A stretch of DNA of 64,000 nt from an uncultured Bacilli bacterium (GTDB lineage Bacteria > Bacillota_I > Bacilli_A > RF39 > UBA660), in the NCBI GenBank assembly GCA_944358535.1, contig CALVRH010000002.1, forward strand, positions 27,840-91,839, given 5' to 3'. Positions 43,985-51,784 of this stretch are shown here, piece by piece. Under the pieces are notes generated by a model. That model was not told the origin of the DNA, searched no databases, and saw nothing but the letters and a program-made list of their open reading frames with translations. A program made the translations under genes and the position numbers. How positions within the stretch are numbered: the stretch's first letter is position 1; the number at the start of each line of letters is the position of its first letter.

Positions 43985-44083
43985 ATGAATGGAAAAATTA
44001 TTGCTGTTGTAAATCATAAATGTGATGTTGGTAAAACTATAATAGTCTTTAACTTATGGGGTAACTTTAACAAATTCTGGTAA
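43985..44083 (+). pseudogene. ParA/Soj-type ATPase relic (32 codons)
   Basis: MNGKIIAVVNHKCDVGKTIIVFNL corresponds to the deviant Walker A KIIAVxNxKGGVGKTT and is then truncated. Good SD. Confidence 0.5.
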
Positions 44084-44178
44084 TTAAGTAAAATCTATAA
44101 ATTATAAAATGAATAGTAAAGATATATGGATATAGATCAGTGTAAATAACCTAAAGTTATTTTTTTTGTGTATAAAGG

Positions 44179-44207
44179 TTGCAAAACTGTTAAAAAAATG
44201 ATATTAT
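44179..44207 (+). promoter_or_regulatory. possible promoter of the E2 operon
   Basis: TTGCAA, 17 bp, TATTAT, 34 bp upstream of the GTG at 44241. Confidence 0.35.
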
Positions 44208-44240
44208 TATTAATAAAATTTTTGTGTTGGGAGTGATTTT

Positions 44241-45650
44241 GTGCCATTATTTTCTATTATAGTACCAACTTGTAATGTAGAAAAATATATAGCTGATTGT
44301 TTAAATAGTATTGTAAAACAAAATTTTAAGGATTATGAGGTAATAATTGTCGATGATGGTTCGACTGATAATACTTTGAATATTGTTACTGGATTTTGTG
44401 ATAAATATGATAATTTTTATTTATTTAAGGAAGAACATAATGGTGTTTCTACTGCACGAAATATTGGATTAAATAAATCTAAAGGACACTATATAATGTT
44501 TTTAGATGGTGATGATTTTATTGATTCTAATAGTTTACTTTATATTTCTAAGATTATTACTGCCACTCATAAAGATGCTTATGTATCAAATTTTAAAACA
44601 GTTAATAGTGATGACTGTGATAGACAGTTATATGATCGTCAAATAGATTATAAAATGATTGATGAAAGAAGAATGTCTGCTGTATTGGATTATATAAAGA
44701 TAAGTAAGATAATTTTTACAGTTTGGAGATTTATAGTAAAAAGAGATTTAATCTTAAAATATAAATTATTTTTTATTAACGGTATTGTTCACGAAGATGA
44801 AGAATGGACTGTAAAAATGTTATGTCATATTAAAAATTTATATTATATAGATATAAAATACTATAATTATAGATTACATAATAATTCTATAACTACTTCA
44901 TTAAATTTATTCAATGTTTTTTGTTATTATGACATTGTTACAATATTGACAAAATATGCTATTTTAGAAAAAGTAAAATATAAAAAAGATTTTTATTTGT
45001 TTTATGCAAAAAAATTATCAAAATATGCGACTAAATTGATTTCGAGTGTTTATAATGATAATGCGAAAAAAGTAAAAAAGAAAAATATAATAATTTTTGG
45101 CGGTAGTAGATGTGGTAAAAGTACATTAGCTAGAAGAATTTCTAGAAAATTTAATTATAATTTAATATCTTTAGATTTTTTAATTACAGCCTTTCAATAT
45201 GGAATGCCGAATTTAAACATTAATCATTTGCGGAGAGATGAAGTTATGTTAAATGATATTTTTAGTTTTATGTATAGTTATATTAGAGCTTTAAATCATG
45301 ATAGTAAAAATTCTTATGATGTTAATTATGTGATAGAAGGATGTTATTTAAAATTAGATGATTTTGTTGAGAAGTTTAACATTAATAATTTTATGATAAT
45401 TGTTTTGGGATATGATGATAGTGCTACTCAATTATTTAATGATATAAGAACTCATGATACTATAAAAGATTGGACAAAAGATTTATCTGATGAAGATTTA
45501 TTAAAGTATTGTAATAGGGTAATTGAAGATTGTAAAAAATTAAAAGAATATTGTTTAAAAAGAAAAATTCCATATTTTGATATGTCTGGTGATAGAAACG
45601 AAAAAATTTTTTCAATAATAGATAAGGTAAGGATAGAAAATGGTTTATAA
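44241..45650 (+). CDS. family-2 glycosyltransferase fused to a P-loop kinase-like domain
   Basis: GT-A motifs FSIIVPTCN, VDDGSTDNT, LDGDD, HEDEEW. The C-terminal ~200 aa has Walker A FGGSRCGKSTLA. Confidence 0.65.
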   Translation: MPLFSIIVPTCNVEKYIADCLNSIVKQNFKDYEVIIVDDGSTDNTLNIVTGFCDKYDNFYLFKEEHNGVSTARNIGLNKSKGHYIMFLDGDDFIDSNSLLYISKIITATHKDAYVSNFKTVNSDDCDRQLYDRQIDYKMIDERRMSAVLDYIKISKIIFTVWRFIVKRDLILKYKLFFINGIVHEDEEWTVKMLCHIKNLYYIDIKYYNYRLHNNSITTSLNLFNVFCYYDIVTILTKYAILEKVKYKKDFYLFYAKKLSKYATKLISSVYNDNAKKVKKKNIIIFGGSRCGKSTLARRISRKFNYNLISLDFLITAFQYGMPNLNINHLRRDEVMLNDIFSFMYSYIRALNHDSKNSYDVNYVIEGCYLKLDDFVEKFNINNFMIIVLGYDDSATQLFNDIRTHDTIKDWTKDLSDEDLLKYCNRVIEDCKKLKEYCLKRKIPYFDMSGDRNEKIFSIIDKVRIENGL

Positions 45651-46737
45651 TTATGAAACAATAAATAAGTATTTAGATGAAATAAAAAAAACAGAAGGCA
45701 TATCATTACAAACAATAAATTATCAACATAATTCAATAAATGGAATTTTATTTAAATGTAATAAAAAGAAATTTTTTAAAATTATTTCTAAAGATGAAGC
45801 AATGAGAGAAAGAAATTCTATCAAAATATGTAGTTCAATTTTTCCAGTTATGCCACAAACTGATGTGTATTGCTTTAATGAAAATTTATGCCTAGTTTTG
45901 TATGACTATGATATAAATGTAGGGTTAAATAAAGGACTTTTAAATGATTATTTTGTTATTAATGATTTTAAGAAAACTTTTGATGAAGCACCCATCAATA
46001 AACTTCTCTGTTTTTATAAAAAAAGTTCACAGAACTCGCAAAAAATCACAAAAGCTCCAATTGATATTTTCTTTCGAGAAAGAGTGCATTCAAGATTGAA
46101 CAATTGGTATAAAAACAATAATGATTTTTATAAAACCGTGATTGTTAATGGGGAAAATAGTGTTACTACAGAAAAAATTATTAAAGAGACTATTTCTTAT
46201 TTTCAGTTAGAAAAAGCACATGATGGCTTTATCACTCAAGGTGATCATAATGTATTAAATTTGTCAATTACTTCATATTTTTTTGATGTTAGTTCGGCTG
46301 GTTATAATTATGCTATTGGAGAATTTGCAATGTGTTTTATATCTATTTTGTTTTTTGATCAATATATTTGTCCAAAATATCATGAAGAGTCTTATAAAAA
46401 TCATGAAAAAATATTTGAAACTTTAAATAATTATAAGCCCAAAATAAATTATAATCTATATAAGGAAAACATTGTGATTAATTGTGAATTTAGAATAAGT
46501 AAAATTAGAAGGGCATATATTTTAAAATTTCTTGATATTGTAAAAGATTTTGATATATATGATGATTTGATTTATTTTGTTATAATGAGATTGCTTTGTA
46601 TATTTAACATTAATACTTTTGATAGTGATGACTATTATTATATATTGTTTTTAATACATTGGTTTTATTTAAAATTGTCTAATTTGAATTATAATAAGTT
46701 AAAAAATTTGATACTAAAAATGAATCTTTTGGATTGA
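45640..46737 (+). CDS. APH/choline-kinase-like phosphotransferase
   Basis: Putative catalytic loop ITQGDHNVLN (HxDxxxxN-like), followed by FFDVSSAG (metal-binding Asp). N-lobe Lys/Glu candidates FFKIISKDEAMRE. Confidence 0.45.
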   Translation: MVYNYETINKYLDEIKKTEGISLQTINYQHNSINGILFKCNKKKFFKIISKDEAMRERNSIKICSSIFPVMPQTDVYCFNENLCLVLYDYDINVGLNKGLLNDYFVINDFKKTFDEAPINKLLCFYKKSSQNSQKITKAPIDIFFRERVHSRLNNWYKNNNDFYKTVIVNGENSVTTEKIIKETISYFQLEKAHDGFITQGDHNVLNLSITSYFFDVSSAGYNYAIGEFAMCFISILFFDQYICPKYHEESYKNHEKIFETLNNYKPKINYNLYKENIVINCEFRISKIRRAYILKFLDIVKDFDIYDDLIYFVIMRLLCIFNINTFDSDDYYYILFLIHWFYLKLSNLNYNKLKNLILKMNLLD

Positions 46738-46775
46738 GTTAAGTTAATTTATTGAAGAAAGGGGTCAAGTAATGT

Positions 46776-47492
46776 ATGAAAAATGATATAATTATTACAG
46801 GTGGGGCGAATGGTATAGGATTAGAATGTGCAAAATTATATAAATCTAAAGGATATAATGTTTTTGTTTTAGATATTGATAAAGTAGAAGGAAAAAAATT
46901 GTCGAAATATGGGATACATTATTATGTTTGTGATGTTTCATCCGAAGATGATGTAAATTACATTGCTAATTTAATGTTGCCGCAATTGAATCAATTAGTT
47001 GCTATTATTAATTGTGCGGCAATTCAAATTGAAGAAGATTTTGAATGTTATAATCAAAAAAAATGGCAAAAAGTTATAAATACAAATTATTTTGGTGTAT
47101 GTAATGTAATTCATGCTTTTTTTAAATTTTTGTCTGAAGGTTCTACAATTTTGAATTTAATTTCTGTTCATTCAGTTAAACCGCGAACAAAAAAATATGC
47201 TTATGATTCTTCAAAGAGTGCAATTGAAATACTAACAAAAGAACTTGCATTAGAATTTGCTCCCCATAAAATCACTGTTAATGCATTATCATTTGGTGCG
47301 GTGGAGACAGACATGAATAATACTTGGCTAACTCATAGTGAACAAAGAGAAATAGCTAGAGCTAAAGTACCGTTAAAAATTGTTTTTAATCCTGTGCAAA
47401 TTGCAAATTTTACATATGTGATAATAAAAGTATTTTCTAAATATACAACAGGTTCAGTTTTTGTTATTGATGGTGGAAGAAGTTTAACTTAA
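46776..47492 (+). CDS. short-chain dehydrogenase/reductase
   Basis: TGGANGIG cofactor motif, NCAA, catalytic YDSSK. Confidence 0.8.
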   Translation: MKNDIIITGGANGIGLECAKLYKSKGYNVFVLDIDKVEGKKLSKYGIHYYVCDVSSEDDVNYIANLMLPQLNQLVAIINCAAIQIEEDFECYNQKKWQKVINTNYFGVCNVIHAFFKFLSEGSTILNLISVHSVKPRTKKYAYDSSKSAIEILTKELALEFAPHKITVNALSFGAVETDMNNTWLTHSEQREIARAKVPLKIVFNPVQIANFTYVIIKVFSKYTTGSVFVIDGGRSLT

Positions 47493-47521
47493 ATAACTGT
47501 ATTATGAAAGGAAGATGTTTT

Positions 47522-47974
47522 ATGAATATTAGAGTACGTGGAATTGTTGTTGAAAATAATCATTTATTATTGATAAAAAGGGTGCGAATGGAAAATAACA
47601 AAGAAAATATTTATTATGTTTTTCCAGGTGGTGGTTTAGAAACTGGCGAAACTTTGGAGGAAGGAGTTAAAAGAGAAGTTTTAGAAGAATTGGGAATTGA
47701 TGTAGAGGTGCAAGATATGAGATACCTTGAAAATTTTAAGCATACTGATACTTATTTCTTTAATTGTAAGTGGATTAGTGGAAATTTAGGTACAGGTAAA
47801 GGACCTGAATTTACCTCAAAAGAATATGAAAATAGAGGATTATATATTCCTATGGCTGTACCTATTTCCGAGCTTTCTAAATTAAATGTCGTACCTAGTG
47901 AGGTCAGAGATTTAGTTGTAAATGATTATAAAAATAAAGAAAAAGGTGATTCTGGTTGTATCAAATTTCGTTAA
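47522..47974 (+). CDS. Nudix hydrolase
   Basis: Complete Nudix box GGGLETGETLEEGVKREVLEELGI. Confidence 0.8.
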   Translation: MNIRVRGIVVENNHLLLIKRVRMENNKENIYYVFPGGGLETGETLEEGVKREVLEELGIDVEVQDMRYLENFKHTDTYFFNCKWISGNLGTGKGPEFTSKEYENRGLYIPMAVPISELSKLNVVPSEVRDLVVNDYKNKEKGDSGCIKFR

Positions 47975-49164
47975 ATGGTTTAGATGGCTCTGGTAAAACA
48001 ACTCAATACAGTTTGTTAAAAAAGAATTTTTACTATGCTTATTTTTCTAATGATATTTCAAAATATAATGTTTTTCCTAATTTAAAGGGTGACAATTTTT
48101 TTAGATGGTGGTTTTTAGAAAGTTCATTGGATGAGTTTTGTGATTCAATTTATAAAGGAATCAAATTAAGAAATGATGATTCTTTGAATCAACAAAAAAA
48201 AATAGTTTTTAATGATAAAGGTATTTTTACTTTTGATTGTAGAATTCTAGCTAATTTTTTATTAAGGGGTTATTCAAATGAAAATATTAATCAGTTTATA
48301 AGAGAATATAAATCAAAATATGAAATTGAAAATGAGGATTTGTCTGTTTTTTTGAATGTTTCTGATACTTCTAAATTAAATTCTAGAAGAAAAAATAGAA
48401 ATGTTGATTCTCGGAATTCTTATGATGATTATTATGAACAATATCAAAACAAGTTGTTAGAAGTGACTAATGGTTTATTATATCAGAGTGATATAAAATT
48501 AATTAATGCGAACGATAAAATTGAAAATGTCTTTAAAAATTTATTCAACTTGTTTATTGGTAATGAACAACAATTTATATTTGTTTCTGGAGTATCTGAA
48601 TCAGGTAAAAGTACAGCTTCAGAATATTTGAGTATGAAGTTACCTAATGCGATACATGTTAAAATGCGAGATATTTCTGATGAATTATATCGAAATTCAA
48701 ATAGTAAAGAAGAAAAATATATATGGATGCGTGAACAAGAAAAGTATTCACCTTATAAATTTTGGTTTGATTTTTTGATGTTAACATCTGCTTATACAAA
48801 AAATAATCAGATCATAATAATGGATACATTGCATGGAATATCAGCTGCACAGTATATGAAAAAAATATTAGGTGATCGTTTATCTATATTATATATTGAT
48901 GCTTTATTTAATAATAGGGTTAATAGAGAATATAATAAATTAAAGTTAAAAGGTGAAAATTGTAGTATTTCAGATATTGCGAAAAGAACCGAAAAAAAAG
49001 ATATTGCTAAAGCAAAATTTGGACTATTGTCAATAAAGAAATTACCATATACTTATATTTTAAATAATGATGATGATTTTTATAGTTTTGAAAAAAAATT
49101 AGATGTTTTTGCTAATTATATTTTAGGAGAACAGGAAAAAAATAAATGTATAGTGAAAAAATAA
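47956..49164 (+). CDS. two-domain P-loop kinase (thymidylate-kinase-like N-domain plus a second nucleotide-kinase-like domain)
   Basis: LNGLDGSGKTTQ (Tmk-type GxDGxGKTT) and a second Walker A VSGVSESGKSTA. TTG start follows AAAAGGTGA. Confidence 0.5.
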   Translation: MYQISLNGLDGSGKTTQYSLLKKNFYYAYFSNDISKYNVFPNLKGDNFFRWWFLESSLDEFCDSIYKGIKLRNDDSLNQQKKIVFNDKGIFTFDCRILANFLLRGYSNENINQFIREYKSKYEIENEDLSVFLNVSDTSKLNSRRKNRNVDSRNSYDDYYEQYQNKLLEVTNGLLYQSDIKLINANDKIENVFKNLFNLFIGNEQQFIFVSGVSESGKSTASEYLSMKLPNAIHVKMRDISDELYRNSNSKEEKYIWMREQEKYSPYKFWFDFLMLTSAYTKNNQIIIMDTLHGISAAQYMKKILGDRLSILYIDALFNNRVNREYNKLKLKGENCSISDIAKRTEKKDIAKAKFGLLSIKKLPYTYILNNDDDFYSFEKKLDVFANYILGEQEKNKCIVKK

Positions 49165-50051
49165 AATATTCATTTATAATTCCAACATATAATTCTGAAA
49201 AAACTATATTTAAATGTTTGAATAGTGTTTTAAATCAAGAAAATTGTGATTATGAGGTTTTGATTATTGATGATGGTTCGACCGATAATACTTTGAATAT
49301 TGTTACTGAACTTTCAAAAAAAAATGATAAAATCAAAATAAAAAAGAATAGTCATAAGGGAATTAGTGAAATTAGAAATATTGGTATATGTAATAGTATT
49401 GGTGATTATATAATTTTTGTGGATTCTGATGATTATGTTAATCCTGAATTACTAAGTGTCTTAAATAAATATGATGATGACGTTATTAAATTTTCTGTTT
49501 TTTGTAGTAATGGTGGTGATAGATTTGTTCAGCCTAAATTTATATCAATTACTGGTATGGAATGTTTAAAATTGTTTTGTAATAGTGAAAATATTTTTGC
49601 TACACCATGGGGTTATGCTTTTAGGAGGAGTTTGTTTTTAAATAATAAATTATTTTTTTTAAAAGGAAAAACGCATGAGGATTTTGGCTTAATACCTTTG
49701 GTGTTAATTTATGCTAAGACTGTTAGTAGTATAGAATATGTTGGATATAATTATATTAAACGTGTTGGAAGTATTACTCAGGAAACTGAGTATGAAAAAG
49801 AAATATCTAGAATGTATGATTTTATTGATCAATTTTGCTTTGTAATTGGTAGTCTTAATAATATGGATATTGAACAATCATACAAAAAAATTTATAATGA
49901 TTATTTTATAAATAGATTATATATAAAAATTAATAATTTTAAACGTAATATAAAAGAATATTATGATTATGATGAGGTGGTAAAAAAATGTTGCAAAAAA
50001 ATCAATACGTTTTTGATAAAACAAAAGTTGAATTACCGGAAATTTACATAA
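49146..50051 (+). CDS. family-2 glycosyltransferase
   Basis: FIIPTYN, IDDGSTDNT, VDSDD, HEDFG. Confidence 0.75.
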   Translation: MYSEKIKYSFIIPTYNSEKTIFKCLNSVLNQENCDYEVLIIDDGSTDNTLNIVTELSKKNDKIKIKKNSHKGISEIRNIGICNSIGDYIIFVDSDDYVNPELLSVLNKYDDDVIKFSVFCSNGGDRFVQPKFISITGMECLKLFCNSENIFATPWGYAFRRSLFLNNKLFFLKGKTHEDFGLIPLVLIYAKTVSSIEYVGYNYIKRVGSITQETEYEKEISRMYDFIDQFCFVIGSLNNMDIEQSYKKIYNDYFINRLYIKINNFKRNIKEYYDYDEVVKKCCKKINTFLIKQKLNYRKFT

Positions 50052-51172
50052 AAAAACTTAATGAGGTTGTTGAGCAAGCTATTAAAATTTTTAAAAATAA
50101 TTTAAAAAGTATAATTTTAGGTGGTTCTGGCGGGAAGGCTGAAATTATTCCATATTGGTCTGATTTAGACATATATATTGTATTAGATGAATATAATTTT
50201 TCTCAGGTGCAAACATTTATGAAGGTTGATAATAAATATGATGAAATTCATGTTGGTGTAACAATATATACAATGGATGAAGTGGTAAATAATTTGATTG
50301 ATGGAAAAACAAAAGTTATGATTTATGAAAAGGAACAATTAAATGTTGATCCAACCCTTTATGGAAAAAATTATTTTTTAAAACAAAAGTATACTGACAT
50401 ACAACTTAATGATATTAATAATTTGCCTAGTATTGTTCATTCTTGTAGAAGAAATTGCATTGATTTAGAAAATAATGAAGTGACCTTATTAAAGTCGCAT
50501 GTAAAAAAGTTTATTGTTATGTTAAAATGTATTTTAAATATTAATGGAATATTTTCTTATGGATATCAAAAGGTTATGAACGATTTTTACAATTTGTGTG
50601 AAGAAAAGAAATTGTTGAATAAAAGGATACTTAATTTTAAAATTAAAGAGGTTACTTCAAAAAATTATAATTTGAGTGAAGCAAAAGAAGATTTTTTAAA
50701 TATAAATAAATTTGTTTTTGAAAACTTATTAGAACTAATAAATAAAAAAATTAATAAGAGTGAGCAGGTTATATCTTGTATGGGTGTTGTTTCTTGTAAA
50801 AAAAACAATGACATATATGTTGCTCTATTACGGGATGTTAATAATTGTTGGGTTATTCCAAAAGGACATTTGGAAAAAAACGAAACATTTATAGAAGCGG
50901 CAATTAGAGAGGTAAAAGAAGAAACTAATGTAGATATCACCACTCATGATTTTGTAGATAAGGTTGGAGAATATAAATATTGTTCTAATCTTGAAGGAAC
51001 TATGAAATTAATAAAAATTTATTTATTTAAAGTTGATGAATTTCAACCGATTGTTCCTTCGGTTAAAGAAAGTTTTGTGGATGGAAAGTGGTTATTATTG
51101 AGAGAAGCCATAGAAAAAAGTACATATCAGGAGCAAAAATCTGCTTTAGAAAAAATAGAATTGATGTTATAA
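49988..51172 (+). CDS. Pol-beta-superfamily nucleotidyltransferase fused to a Nudix domain
   Basis: N-terminal GGSGGKAEIIPYWSDLDIYIV (GS-x-DxD NTase signature). C-terminal Nudix box KGHLEKNETFIEAAIREVKEETNV. 64-nt overlap with the preceding gene. Confidence 0.6.
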   Translation: MLQKNQYVFDKTKVELPEIYIKKLNEVVEQAIKIFKNNLKSIILGGSGGKAEIIPYWSDLDIYIVLDEYNFSQVQTFMKVDNKYDEIHVGVTIYTMDEVVNNLIDGKTKVMIYEKEQLNVDPTLYGKNYFLKQKYTDIQLNDINNLPSIVHSCRRNCIDLENNEVTLLKSHVKKFIVMLKCILNINGIFSYGYQKVMNDFYNLCEEKKLLNKRILNFKIKEVTSKNYNLSEAKEDFLNINKFVFENLLELINKKINKSEQVISCMGVVSCKKNNDIYVALLRDVNNCWVIPKGHLEKNETFIEAAIREVKEETNVDITTHDFVDKVGEYKYCSNLEGTMKLIKIYLFKVDEFQPIVPSVKESFVDGKWLLLREAIEKSTYQEQKSALEKIELML

Positions 51173-51216
51173 AAATAAATTGAATCCCGAAATTTGAATA
51201 AAGAAAAAAATGTCAA

Positions 51217-51256
51217 AAAGCTATGATAAATAATAAAAGTATTATAGCTTTTTTTG
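51217..51256 (+). terminator. terminator of the E2 operon
   Basis: AAAGCTATGATA-loop-TATTATAGCTTT followed by a T-run. Confidence 0.55.
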
Positions 51257-51311
51257 TGATAAGATATCATTGAAGAGTGATAATTTGAAAAATAATTATA
51301 TTGTTCATTGA

Positions 51312-51561
51312 TTTAGACATATACGCAACAATGCTATAAAATAAAAGTTTTTGTGTAAAAACTGTTTCTCTTATGTTAGGACACAGTTCTACAATAATTA
51401 CAACAGATGTTTATTATGATAAGAGTTGTTTAGTAATTGATTTAACTGAGGAATTAAATAGGTATATAGATAAGGTAAAACCGGTTAATAAAATTAACAA
51501 AGATGTAGTTGATGTTGCAACGAATTTTAATAAAATATTTAAAGAATTTCAGTTAGTATGA
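51312..51561 (+). pseudogene. tyrosine recombinase (integrase) C-terminal relic
   Basis: VKTVSLMLGHSSTIITTDVYYD matches the integrase C-terminal box (LGHSSxxxTxxxYxH, catalytic Tyr). An upstream FRHIRNNAI (cf. LRHTxAT) lies in another frame, and the rest of the gene is absent. Confidence 0.6.
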
Positions 51562-51784
51562 CATGAGTAGTTGTGTTAATTTATTATAAATGATAAAATA
51601 CATAATAGCTTGAAATTATTGGTGTTATTTAAGTTTATTTAATGCTATTTAATGTTGTTTTGTGTTATTTAGTAAGTTTGTGACTTTTATGCGTTGCAAG
51701 ATTAAAATTTTGAAAAAAACGGTGGATATTTGTATTTTTGCAACGAATTTAATGGTTAGTAGTAGTCATAGTGAGGTGATAAAA

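Noticed and set aside
51662-51784. 41-codon N-terminal extension of uvrB in the ORF track, and the similar extensions of the stubs at 40227 and 43421
   Set aside because: The extension has no homology to UvrB and differs between copies. A strong SD precedes the ATG/GTG at MFDLVSKF in all three copies.
51700-51784. Looked for a LexA (Cheo) box CGAACNNNNGTTCG upstream of the uvrB copies
   Set aside because: The best candidate, CGAATTTAATGGTT, has about 4 mismatches, and nothing convincing lies upstream of copies 1 or 2. I cannot claim SOS control from the sequence.
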